Positions 27,129 to 35,147 of a stretch of 41,698 nt of DNA are shown here, piece by piece. The notes beneath the pieces are model-generated. The model did not search any database. It had not been told where the DNA came from and saw nothing but the letters and a program-made list of their open reading frames with translations. Position 1 is the first letter of the stretch. The number at the start of each line of letters is the position of its first letter. The position numbers and the translations under genes were made by a program. Source of the DNA: a virus; the IMG/VR virus record IMGVR_UViG_3300045988_115336, positions 1 to 41,698 of that record; one strand, 5' to 3'.

Positions 27129-28034
27129 ATGAGCGATAATCAGAAATATTATTATTTAAAATTAGTAGATAATTTCTTTGACAGGGACGAAATGATAATG
27201 CTTGAAAGTATGCCAGATGGTTATTTATATTCAAACATACTTTTAAAACTTTATCTTAGAAGTCTAAAGAATACAGGAAAATTAATGTTTAACGATAGAA
27301 TACCATACAATCCAACAATGCTTGCTAATATTACTAGGCATCCAGTAGCAGTAGTAGAAAAAGCAGTTGATATATTTGAACAACTAGGATTAGTAGAAAT
27401 ATTAGACAATGGAGCTATCTATATGTTAGATATTCAGGACTTTATCGGAAAAAGTTCTACAGAAGCAGACAGAAAAAGAAATTACAGAAGAAGAATTGAC
27501 GAAGAAAAACAACAATTATTAGAAGGGAAAGGACAAATGTCCCAACAAATGTCCGAAACAAAAGGACAAATGTCCGAAACAAAAGGACAAATGTCCGACC
27601 AAATCTCCACCATAATTAGAGATAGAGATAGAGATAGAGATAGAGATAGAGATATACATACAGATATAGATAGTAAGTCGGTAGGTAAGTTTGCTAATCT
27701 CTATGAAAAGAATATCGGACTAATAAATGGAGTAACATCAGAATGGCTTATAGATATAAGTAATCAAATAGATTATCCGCTTTTTAAAAGAGCAATAGAA
27801 ATATGTACAGAAAGAGGTAAAACAAATCTAGGCTATTTGAAAGGGATAATAAACAACTGGAGCAATAAAAACATACACACCATGGAACAATTACAGGCAT
27901 ACAAATTACAGCAAGGACAAGACAAACCTAAACAACAATCAGAAACAGGTAAATTTGATTCTATTAAATTGAAAAATGATGAGGAACTAAGTATAGAAGA
28001 AATGGAAAGACAAATGAAAGAATGGGGGTATTGA
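27129..28034 (+). CDS. Replisome organizer / DnaD-like replication initiation protein
   Basis: N-terminus YYYLKL..NFFD...ML (phage replisome organizer pattern). The C-terminus has a DnaD/DnaB_2-like segment (GYLKGIINNW). AAGGAGG RBS 7 nt before the ATG. Confidence 0.7.
   Translation: MSDNQKYYYLKLVDNFFDRDEMIMLESMPDGYLYSNILLKLYLRSLKNTGKLMFNDRIPYNPTMLANITRHPVAVVEKAVDIFEQLGLVEILDNGAIYMLDIQDFIGKSSTEADRKRNYRRRIDEEKQQLLEGKGQMSQQMSETKGQMSETKGQMSDQISTIIRDRDRDRDRDRDIHTDIDSKSVGKFANLYEKNIGLINGVTSEWLIDISNQIDYPLFKRAIEICTERGKTNLGYLKGIINNWSNKNIHTMEQLQAYKLQQGQDKPKQQSETGKFDSIKLKNDEELSIEEMERQMKEWGY
27528..27596. repeat. Iteron-like direct repeats inside the DnaD-like gene: four copies of ACAAATGTCC, including two perfect 21-bp tandem units
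   Basis: GAAACAAAAGGACAAATGTCC occurs at 27555-75 and 27576-96, with related copies ending at 27542 and 27554. Confidence 0.85.
27618..27653. repeat. (AGAGAT)x6 hexanucleotide microsatellite encoding (RD)6
   Basis: Six perfect tandem units read directly from the sequence. Confidence 0.95.
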
Positions 28035-28035
28035 T

Positions 28036-28785
28036 GTGGACCAAGATCTAATAAGAATCTTAGATAGAATAAAACTAAATTGCAAAGTAGAAGAAATTCA
28101 ATACGACTGCCTTATATGTGAAGATAAAGGTTACATATTTGAAACAGATAAAGATGGCTACGAAGTGGCAATACCTTGTAAATGTTTAGCAAAGAAACAA
28201 AGTATCGAAAAAATGGAACGTAGTGGCCTTACAGAAGCTTTTAAGCAAAAAACGATTAATTCCTTTGTGGCTGACAAAGAATGGCAGAAAATGGCGAAAT
28301 TTAAAGTTACAAAGTACATTAATGATTTCTTAAAAGAAGGAACAAACTCAGGACTTATATTAAGCGGACAACCTGGTTCGGGAAAAACACACTTAGGAAT
28401 TGGAACAATGTTAGAACTTATTGATAACAATATAGGCTGCGTATATAGGGAATATCTAAGTATGGTAACTAATTTAAAACAAGTTGGCATGAACGAGGAA
28501 GAATATATAAGGGAGATGGAAAAGTATATAAACCCTCCAATATTGTTTTTAGATGACTTCCTAAAAGGAGAAGTTACACAGGCAGATTTAAAACATATAT
28601 ACAAAGTAATAAATACTAGATACCTAAAGGGAAAACCAATAATTATATCAACGGAGAAAAGTATAAAAGAGATATTAGAGTTCGACGAAGCGATAGGAAG
28701 TAGACTTATAGAGCAAGCAAAAGGCAATATAGTAAACTTTCCTAGAGATTTTAGCAACAATTATAGACTAAGAGGAATTATATAA
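28036..28785 (+). CDS. DnaC/IstB-like AAA+ helicase loader
   Basis: Walker A (GQPGSGKTH), Walker B (ILFLDDF) and an N-terminal Cys cluster. Confidence 0.75.
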   Translation: MDQDLIRILDRIKLNCKVEEIQYDCLICEDKGYIFETDKDGYEVAIPCKCLAKKQSIEKMERSGLTEAFKQKTINSFVADKEWQKMAKFKVTKYINDFLKEGTNSGLILSGQPGSGKTHLGIGTMLELIDNNIGCVYREYLSMVTNLKQVGMNEEEYIREMEKYINPPILFLDDFLKGEVTQADLKHIYKVINTRYLKGKPIIISTEKSIKEILEFDEAIGSRLIEQAKGNIVNFPRDFSNNYRLRGII

Positions 28786-28792
28786 AACAAAA

Positions 28793-28817
28793 GATAGAAG
28801 GTGATTAACCTTCTATC
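28793..28817. terminator. Hairpin between convergent genes
   Basis: GATAGAAGG tgattaa CCTTCTATC is a perfect 9-bp stem, followed by GATTTT. Confidence 0.5.
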
Positions 28818-28942
28818 GATTTTAAAAAGTCTTTCAGTATTTTGTTTATTTGACTACTAACAGTCCTATCTTCTTCGGATGCATATTGTTTTAGTTTTTC
28901 TAAAACTTCTTCATCTAAAGTTATAGCAATTTTCTTTTTCAT
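28805..28942 (-). CDS. Ribbon-helix-helix (CopG-like) small DNA-binding protein (45 aa)
   Basis: AGAGGTGA RBS. MKKKIAITLDEEVLEKLKQYASEEDRTVSSQINKIL has the beta-strand plus two-helix RHH pattern. Not in the ORF track. Confidence 0.6.
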   Translation of the reverse strand: MKKKIAITLDEEVLEKLKQYASEEDRTVSSQINKILKDFLKSIEG

Positions 28943-28961
28943 GTTATCACCTCTTAGTGGT

Positions 28962-28970
28962 ATTATATCA
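28962..28970 (-). promoter_or_regulatory. Extended -10 promoter for the RHH gene
   Basis: The minus strand reads TGATATAAT (TGnTATAAT), about 20 nt upstream of the RBS. Confidence 0.45.
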
Positions 28971-29000
28971 TGATTTTATATGAAAATAAATCCAAAATGC

Positions 29001-29031
29001 TTGATAAAGTATGATAAAGTATGATAAAATA
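29001..29031 (+). promoter_or_regulatory. Three tandem 10-bp repeats (TGATAAAGTA x2, TGATAAAATA) overlapping a candidate promoter (TTGATA, 18 nt, TGaTAAAAT)
   Basis: Read directly from the sequence. They lie in the divergent region between the RHH gene and the HNH gene. Confidence 0.5.
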
Positions 29032-29051
29032 ATACTAAAGAAGGTGATATT

Positions 29052-29419
29052 ATGAACGAAATTTGGAGAAAGATAGAAGAATTTAAAAACTACGAAGTTA
29101 GTAACTTAGGGAATGTAAGAAGTTTAAATTATAGACGAACTGGAGAAACTAAAATACTCAAACTAGGTAAAGATAAAAATGGATATTTATATATTTGTTT
29201 ATGGGAAAATGGTAAGCAATATTTTAAAACAGTACATAGATTAGTAGCAACTGCATTTATATCAAATCCACAGGGAAAACCTCAAATCAATCATATAAAT
29301 GGAGATAAAGAAAATAACAGAGTATCAAATCTAGAATGGTGTACAGGAAAAGAAAATTGCCAACACGCATACAATACAGGACTGCACGTAATAACAAAGG
29401 AAACTAGAAAAAAATTAAG
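29052..29419 (+). pseudogene. HNH homing endonuclease (paralogue of 4153-4938), 5' part, disrupted by an IS
   Basis: NUMOD4-like WRKIEEFKNYEVSNLGNVRS and HRLVATAF...INHINGDKENN. The frame runs into the IS and stops at 29433-35. Confidence 0.85.
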
Positions 29420-29564
29420 GGGTATGAAACTATAACTGTGGATTAATAAGAAAACGTACTTTGACAAGTGAATATGAAATTTATTACTTAAAATAACTTT
29501 AACTGTGGACTATATAACTTTGAATGTGGTATAATAAGGTAAATATATTTTAAGGAGGGATACT

Positions 29565-29819
29565 ATGGATAAATTAGAATTTCTAAGCGATGAATATTTG
29601 ATGGAAAAATATGAATTTACAAAAAATGCTTTTAAAGAAATAACAAATAAAATCAGGAGTATAATTAATCAACCAGAGATACATTTGTTATTTAAAATAG
29701 CTGCAGATAAAGAATTAAATCATTATTCCTATATGTATGAAAGCGTTAAAACTAAAAGATTAAAGAAAAAATATAAAAATAAATTCGACAAAAGATTAAA
29801 TGAAATAAAGGAAAAATAG
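29565..29819 (+). CDS. IS-internal accessory ORF (84 aa, hypothetical)
   Basis: AAGGAGGG RBS; upstream of the transposase and within the IS boundaries. Confidence 0.5.
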   Translation: MDKLEFLSDEYLMEKYEFTKNAFKEITNKIRSIINQPEIHLLFKIAADKELNHYSYMYESVKTKRLKKKYKNKFDKRLNEIKEK

Positions 29820-29824
29820 ACAAC

Positions 29825-31138
29825 ATGAATATACTAAATTTACCAGAATTTGAAGTTTTAGACACAATACAAGATGACCATGATATGACGGTAATAGTAA
29901 AACCAGTTAAAGAGCCTGTGGCTTGCCCAGAATGTGGTGGAGTTGAATATTATAAGCATGGCAAATCTAAACGATTTGTAAGGGATTTAAATAGCTTTGG
30001 GAAACGTGTAGGGATTGAAATACATACACACAGATATAAATGTCGATATTGCGATACTACATTTAGTCAGCATTATAAAAGTATCGACGATAGAGATAAA
30101 ATCACTATTCGTTTAAGGGAGCAAATAGAAAAAGAATCCCTTAAAAAACCATTTGCTAATATAGCAGAGGAATATAGTGTTTCTCCTACTACAGTAAAGC
30201 GAATATTTAATGCCTACATAGAAAGGCTAGAAAAGGATATGACCTTCCTTACTCCAGTTATATTAGGAATAGACGAGGCACATCTTAATAAAAGCATGAG
30301 AGCCGTTTACACCGATATAATTGGACGTAAGGTATTGGATATCCAGCCAAGCCGTAAGAAATCTGATGTAAAGGCTTTTCTAGGCAAATTGCCTAACAAG
30401 GAGAACATAGAAGTAGTAACTATAGATATGTGGAGATACTACAAAGAGGCAGTCTATGAGGAGTTGCCAAAAGCTCAGGTAATAGTTGACAGATTCCATG
30501 TAATACAATTAGTTAATAATGCTTTAGAAGGTGAGAGAAAGTCATTTAAAGGTTCTCTAGACAGAAAGCAAAGGTCTAAGCTGTTAAAGGATAGATTCTT
30601 GCTATTAAGGAATAAGGAAGATTTAGAACCTAAACAGATTTGGGATATGCAGCTAATGTTTCTAGATTTTCCACAGTTAAAGTTAGCCTATGAGTTAAAA
30701 GAACAATTTAGGGATATCTATAAACATGATAATCGAGAAGATGCTTTAAAGGCTTATGAGGACTGGAAAAAAGCAGTTCCAAAGGATATGAAATACTACC
30801 AAGATGTAATCAAAACAGTTGATAACTGGCAGTATGAGATATTTAATTACTTTACATGTAGAATTACAAATGCTTATACAGAGAGTTTAAACAACTTGAT
30901 TAAGAACATCGAGAAAGCTGGTAGAGGTTACTCTTTCGAGGTGCTTAGAGCAAAGGTATTATTCGGCACATCAGCTACTAGAAAACCTAAATATACAAGA
31001 GCAAATACAAGTAACAAAACATATACATTTACTACGGCATTTAGTTGGAATGATTTCGTAGGAAGTACAAAATTAACAGAAGGTTTTGGGGTAGATATTC
31101 CACAACTACTAGAGGTATTAGAGAGTGATAAATTTTAA
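29825..31138 (+). CDS. ISL3-family transposase
   Basis: N-terminal zinc finger (CPECGG...YKCRYC), an HTH segment and a DDE region (GIDE...DMW...RITNAYTESLN). Confidence 0.85.
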   Translation: MNILNLPEFEVLDTIQDDHDMTVIVKPVKEPVACPECGGVEYYKHGKSKRFVRDLNSFGKRVGIEIHTHRYKCRYCDTTFSQHYKSIDDRDKITIRLREQIEKESLKKPFANIAEEYSVSPTTVKRIFNAYIERLEKDMTFLTPVILGIDEAHLNKSMRAVYTDIIGRKVLDIQPSRKKSDVKAFLGKLPNKENIEVVTIDMWRYYKEAVYEELPKAQVIVDRFHVIQLVNNALEGERKSFKGSLDRKQRSKLLKDRFLLLRNKEDLEPKQIWDMQLMFLDFPQLKLAYELKEQFRDIYKHDNREDALKAYEDWKKAVPKDMKYYQDVIKTVDNWQYEIFNYFTCRITNAYTESLNNLIKNIEKAGRGYSFEVLRAKVLFGTSATRKPKYTRANTSNKTYTFTTAFSWNDFVGSTKLTEGFGVDIPQLLEVLESDKF

Positions 31139-31186
31139 TTCACTCTCTTTTCTTTTCCACAATTAAAGTTATATACCCAAATTAAG

Positions 31187-31487
31187 TAAAGCAAATAAAG
31201 GTAAACAGTTAACAGAAGAAACTAAAAAGAAAATAAGTAAAACACTTAAAGGCAAAATGACAGGAGAAAAAAATCCGATGTATGGTATGTCAGGGGAAAA
31301 ACATCCACGAGCTAGAAAAATTAAATGTATTGCAACTGGAGAGATATTTAATTATATAAGAGAAGCTGCGAAAAAATATAATATCGACAGCTCAAGTATA
31401 TCGGCATGTTGCAGAGGGAAACAAAAATCAGCTGGTAAGCATCCGATAACAGGCGAAAAGCTAGTATGGGAATATGCAGAAAAATAA
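31187..31487 (+). pseudogene. HNH homing endonuclease, 3' part (continuation of 29052-29419 once the IS and one TSD copy are removed)
   Basis: SKANKGKQLTEETKKKIS...CIATGEIFNYIREAAKKYNIDSSSISACCRGK parallels the C-terminus of 4153-4938. The restored ORF is 669 nt, in frame. Confidence 0.85.
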
Positions 31488-31508
31488 TTTTACAAAAGGG
31501 GGATAATC

Positions 31509-32057
31509 ATGGCAAATAAACCAATAACAGATTTAGAAAAATGTAAGATAAAAGAATTGTACGAAAAAGGTTATAGTATCCTACGAATAGCAAACGAAAT
31601 AGGCAGAAGTGACGGTACTGTTAAAAAATATGTACAGGAAATGAAACTTGTAAAACCTGCTAAACCTACTATAGTAGGTGAAAGATACGGAAGATTAACT
31701 GTGTTAGAACTAGATCATGTGGAAAAAAGCAGAAGATATTGGAAATGCAGTTGTAGCTGTGGAGGGACTACAGTAGTAAGAGAAGGCAATTTAAAAAACG
31801 GCATAACTAAAAGTTGTGGATGTTTAAGAAAAGAACATGTAGAACGTCAGAAACTTGATATAAAACCAGTTGAACCAAAGAATAACCAAGGTGGTGTATA
31901 TTATTTCCAACCAGGTGACATAGTCTTAAAAGGCAATTATGAAGTAGAAGGATATAAAAGAGGAGGAGAAGTAAAAGAATTCAAAATGTCGCCTGAGGAA
32001 TTAAAGAAATACCTAAAAGAGCTTGAAACGAAAGAAGTAAAAAGAAGGGGAGAATAG
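31509..32057 (+). CDS. HTH DNA-binding protein with a Cys-cluster domain (hypothetical)
   Basis: N-terminal HTH (GYSILRIANEIGRSDGTVKKYV), then YGRLTVLE...WKCSCSCGG...SCGC. Confidence 0.5.
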   Translation: MANKPITDLEKCKIKELYEKGYSILRIANEIGRSDGTVKKYVQEMKLVKPAKPTIVGERYGRLTVLELDHVEKSRRYWKCSCSCGGTTVVREGNLKNGITKSCGCLRKEHVERQKLDIKPVEPKNNQGGVYYFQPGDIVLKGNYEVEGYKRGGEVKEFKMSPEELKKYLKELETKEVKRRGE

Positions 32058-32058
32058 T

Positions 32059-32481
32059 ATGGAACAAAATTTAATTATAGCTAAAAATATAAAAACTGGG
32101 GAAACGTTAGAATTTGCAAGCCAAAAAGAAGCAGCGGATTATCTTACAGATGTATATGGCAAAAAAATATACATAAGCAGTGTGGCTGCGATTATAAAAC
32201 AAGACGTGCCATACAAAAAGACATGGGAAATTAATTATATTAAAGAAAATAGCAATGTAAAAGTATGCGAATGCTGTAAAAAGGAATACAAAACAAATAG
32301 AAAAAAACAAAGATTTTGCAGTTTTGAGTGTAGAGAAAATTACTATAATGCACAAAGAGTAGCAAAAAATCCAAAAACATCAAGATGTAAGATCGAAAAA
32401 AAGAAAGAGAAAGAACTAATACATAAGTTATATGTAATGCTAACACCATACAGAACAAAGGAAGCTAAGGAAGATGCGTAG
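32059..32481 (+). CDS. Hypothetical protein: endonuclease-associated DNA-binding-like N-terminus plus one Cys4 module like those of the intron HNH ORFs
   Basis: NIKTGETLEFASQKEAADYL..., and CECCKKEYKTNRKKQRFCSFEC resembles CQCCNKEY...YCSKEC at 41417 onward. Confidence 0.5.
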   Translation: MEQNLIIAKNIKTGETLEFASQKEAADYLTDVYGKKIYISSVAAIIKQDVPYKKTWEINYIKENSNVKVCECCKKEYKTNRKKQRFCSFECRENYYNAQRVAKNPKTSRCKIEKKKEKELIHKLYVMLTPYRTKEAKEDA

Positions 32482-32692
32482 AGGTAAATCAGTAGTAGCA
32501 GAAAATATCAAGACAGGAGAAATACTAGAGTTTCCAAGTCAATACGCATTAGCTAATTACTTTATGGATTTATATTTCATAGAAATATCAAGCAAAAATG
32601 TAGGTCGAATGGTGGGACAGAAGAAACCATACAGAAAAACTTGGATAGTACGTTTTAAGGGGGCAGAAGATGGAAAGATACACACTAAATAA
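32474..32692 (+). CDS. Paralogue of the N-terminal domain of 32059-32481 (hypothetical)
   Basis: NIKTGEILEFPSQYALANYF...KPYRKTW aligns with the upstream protein. Confidence 0.45.
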   Translation: MRRGKSVVAENIKTGEILEFPSQYALANYFMDLYFIEISSKNVGRMVGQKKPYRKTWIVRFKGAEDGKIHTK

Positions 32693-33122
32693 AAATGCAG
32701 AAGGGTATACAGATTTAACGGCGCTAGAAGGAATTAAGAGAGCAGATAAAGGCAAAACAAATAAACCTAAGACAACAGAAGCGCAAGAGCAAAAGAGCCT
32801 TATAGAGTGGGCAAAATGGCAAGAAAAGAAATATCCAGAGTTAAAACTTTTATACCATTGTCCTAATGGTGGAACTAGAAATAAAATGGAAGCTGCAAAT
32901 TTAAAAAGACAAGGTGTAAAAGCTGGAGTGCCAGATTTATTCCTACCAGTTCCTAGAGGAAATTCTCATGGCCTATTTCTTGAAATGAAGGTAGGTAGAA
33001 ATAAATGCACAGATAATCAAAAGAAATGGATTAGGGCATTAATGGAGCAAGGATATGAAGTAAAAGTGTGTTATAGCGCAGAAGAGGCTATTCAGATCAT
33101 TAAGAGATATTTGGGAATATAG
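32670..33122 (+). CDS. VRR-NUC domain nuclease
   Basis: EQKSLIEWAK...GVPDLFL...GLFLEMKVG...T..QK.W pattern. Confidence 0.7.
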   Translation: MERYTLNKNAEGYTDLTALEGIKRADKGKTNKPKTTEAQEQKSLIEWAKWQEKKYPELKLLYHCPNGGTRNKMEAANLKRQGVKAGVPDLFLPVPRGNSHGLFLEMKVGRNKCTDNQKKWIRALMEQGYEVKVCYSAEEAIQIIKRYLGI

Positions 33123-33131
33123 GAGGTTGAA

Positions 33132-33257
33132 ATGATATTAGCAAGATACAAAGAATTAGTCGAACTGGCTAAGAAATACATAGAAAAGGGATATAGTGAG
33201 CTAGAAGCGATTAAATTAGCTGAAAAGGAATTGGAGGAAGAACAATGGAAGAAATAA
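33132..33257 (+). CDS. Small hypothetical protein (41 aa)
   Basis: AGGAGG RBS; open frame. Confidence 0.4.
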   Translation: MILARYKELVELAKKYIEKGYSELEAIKLAEKELEEEQWKK

Positions 33258-33391
33258 AACAAGCACTAGAAATATTAAAAAGAGAATGTACTAAACAAGA
33301 CGATTGTGAAGGTTGTGTAGTTCACAAATTATTAGGACAAGGTTGCCAAGATACAGAAAAATTCCCAGAAGAATGGGAAGTAAACCACTAG
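33245..33391 (+). CDS. Small Cys-containing hypothetical protein (48 aa)
   Basis: GGAGGAAG upstream; overlaps the previous ORF by 13 nt. Confidence 0.4.
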   Translation: MEEIKQALEILKRECTKQDDCEGCVVHKLLGQGCQDTEKFPEEWEVNH

Positions 33392-33399
33392 GAGGAGAA

Positions 33400-33474
33400 A
33401 TGGATAGAGTAATAGGAGATATAATTATTCTAGTTGTAATAGGATTATGGATAGCTAGTAGATTATTTGTATAG
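33400..33474 (+). CDS. Small hydrophobic peptide (24 aa)
   Basis: TAGGAGGAG RBS. It encodes MDRVIGDIIILVVIGLWIASRLFV. Confidence 0.35.
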   Translation: MDRVIGDIIILVVIGLWIASRLFV

Positions 33475-33482
33475 GAGGGAAT

Positions 33483-33674
33483 ATGGAAACTGGAAAATGC
33501 AAAATAAGAAAGAATGTATCTAAAAAAATAAATCAACTCAATTTTGGACGTGGCAAAAAATTTGAGTATCAGTATATAACAAATAACAGAATTAGAATAT
33601 TCAAAAAAGGAATACAACTAATTATGGATGAAAAAGATTTTTCAAAGTATTTTGAAAAAATAGGAGGAAGATAA
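33483..33674 (+). CDS. Hypothetical basic protein
   Basis: TAGGAGGG RBS. Confidence 0.45.
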   Translation: METGKCKIRKNVSKKINQLNFGRGKKFEYQYITNNRIRIFKKGIQLIMDEKDFSKYFEKIGGR

Positions 33675-34348
33675 TGTTTACGTTAAAAGATTTTAAAGTA
33701 AGATTAGTTAATGGAGAAGAAGTAAAAAACTTTGTAAAAAGACATGGAGAATTTAGTAAAGTGTGTTATGATACTCCAAAAGAAAAAGCAGAAAAAGTAG
33801 GAGAACATTGCTTAGAAAGTGGACATCTAAGTGGAAGTAGACACTTATATATGGTATTTGAATTAGAAAATGTACCTCGCAGCCTAATTGATCAGTTGGT
33901 TCGCCATGAACAAGGAGTAGTAAAAAACGTGCAATCTCTTAGATATTGCAACAAAGAAGGAAAAGTAAGTCTATATGCAGCACCGGAAATAGCAAACGAT
34001 ATATATTTCTCAAATGCTTTACACAATTATGAAGCTCAGGTACAAGCTAATTATGATTATTTTCAAAATAATATGAAAGCTGAAGGCTGTAATAATGAAC
34101 AGGCTAACGAAATAGCCAGAACAATACTACCAATAGGAATAAGTACAAAATGTAGTTTTGCAGTAAATTTAGAAGGATTAATTCATCTTGCTAATGTTAG
34201 ACTTTGCAATAGAGCAGAGCTTCCAATTAGAACAATAGTAAAAGAAATGGTAAGACAAGTTGTAGAAGTAGAACCACGTTACAAACCTTATCTAGTGTCA
34301 CAATGTAAGAAACTTGGATATTGCCCAGAAGGTAAGGATTGCAAATAA
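33674..34348 (+). CDS. thyX: ThyX-like flavin-dependent thymidylate synthase
   Basis: GHLSGSRHLYMVFELENVPRSLIDQLVRHE....QSLRY resembles the ThyX core. The canonical RHR is RHE here, and the spacing differs by one residue. Confidence 0.6.
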   Translation: MFTLKDFKVRLVNGEEVKNFVKRHGEFSKVCYDTPKEKAEKVGEHCLESGHLSGSRHLYMVFELENVPRSLIDQLVRHEQGVVKNVQSLRYCNKEGKVSLYAAPEIANDIYFSNALHNYEAQVQANYDYFQNNMKAEGCNNEQANEIARTILPIGISTKCSFAVNLEGLIHLANVRLCNRAELPIRTIVKEMVRQVVEVEPRYKPYLVSQCKKLGYCPEGKDCK

Positions 34349-34370
34349 TATAATATAGGGGGATAATCGA

Positions 34371-34820
34371 ATGGCTAAAACAATAGATAAAACATTTTCC
34401 GACGCAGAAGGAAAACTATATAACTACAATAGCACAAAAATCGAACTAAACAGCCTTAAAATAGACTTAGAGTATTTAGAAATAGACTATAAGGGATGCA
34501 AAGCTATTAGCTATGCTGACGAAAGAACAGGAGAAACATACAACATAAGTAATACAGTAGAGAGTGAAGTATTAGCCAAAGAAAGACAGATAAAAGATCT
34601 AGAGAGTAAAATAAATAAAAAAGAAAGACAGATTAGAAAAATAGAAAATGCATTAGAACTACTAAAGGAAGAAGAAAAAAGATTAGTTAGCTTTAGATAT
34701 TTCTCAAATAGAAAAAAAGCACCAAGTTGGTTAGATGTAGGAGAGGAAATAGGTTATTCGGATAAAAAATGCAGAGCTATGAGGAATGATATTATTAACA
34801 GAATAAAAACGCTTATATAA
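34371..34820 (+). CDS. Late-gene transcriptional activator (ArpU/RinA-like, sigma-70 region-4-like C-terminus)
   Basis: It is the last gene before the terS leader. The C-terminus LVSFRYF....SWLDVGEEIGYSDKKCRAMRNDII is HTH-like. Confidence 0.55.
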   Translation: MAKTIDKTFSDAEGKLYNYNSTKIELNSLKIDLEYLEIDYKGCKAISYADERTGETYNISNTVESEVLAKERQIKDLESKINKKERQIRKIENALELLKEEEKRLVSFRYFSNRKKAPSWLDVGEEIGYSDKKCRAMRNDIINRIKTLI

Positions 34821-34831
34821 TTACAAATTTA

Positions 34832-34864
34832 CCGTAAAAGTTCCGCAAAAGTTCCGTAAAAATT
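34832..34864. repeat. Three tandem 11-bp repeats, CCG(T/C)AAAA(G/A)TT
   Basis: CCGTAAAAGTT CCGCAAAAGTT CCGTAAAAATT, read directly from the sequence. Confidence 0.85.
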
Positions 34865-34941
34865 CCTTTTTTATACGGAAAACTATAGTATATTTATAGT
34901 ATGGGAAACTAAAAAATCCCTTATTTCTTTAAAGTATTTCC

Positions 34942-35043
34942 CTAGAAGCCTGGTAAACTTCTAGATTTTGAATTGGTTTGAAACTAGTAACAACGAAAAG
35001 TACATTCCTCCGGGCATGAGGGAAGCCTGCTAATAATTCCCTC
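34942..35043 (+). promoter_or_regulatory. Two 7-bp stem-loops sharing a loop motif (GCCTGnTAA) in the terS leader
   Basis: CTAGAAG cctggtaaa CTTCTAG (34942-64) and GAGGGAA gcctgctaataa TTCCCTC (35018-43). Confidence 0.5.
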
Positions 35044-35125
35044 TTAAAAAAGATATTAATTATGCAACCGCATAACTAATTTATAAATTTTCATATTTAA
35101 AATCTTCCCTTAAGTTATTGTAGAG

Positions 35126-35147
35126 AGAACCCTTCGGGGTTCTTTTT
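35126..35147 (+). terminator. Rho-independent terminator immediately upstream of terS
   Basis: GAACCC ttcg GGGTTC followed by TTTTT. Confidence 0.75.

Larger units (their letters stand above)
29420..31178 (+). mobile_element. ISL3-family insertion sequence (1759 bp)
   Basis: 23-bp imperfect terminal inverted repeats (19/23: GGGTATGAAACTATAACTGTGGA versus the reverse complement of 31156-78). 8-bp direct repeats AAATTAAG at 29412-19 and 31179-86. It contains an ISL3-type transposase. Confidence 0.85.

Noticed and set aside
27528-27653. A possible CRISPR array
   Set aside because: The repeats are 10-21 bp tandem units without unique spacers, they lie inside a CDS, and no cas genes are present.
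28158-28760. 200-aa minus-strand ORF
   Set aside because: It is antisense to the DnaC-like gene, which has clear Walker motifs. It has no RBS and no motifs.
33291-33617. 108-aa minus-strand ORF
   Set aside because: It overlaps four plus-strand small ORFs that each have strong RBSs in an otherwise all-plus operon.
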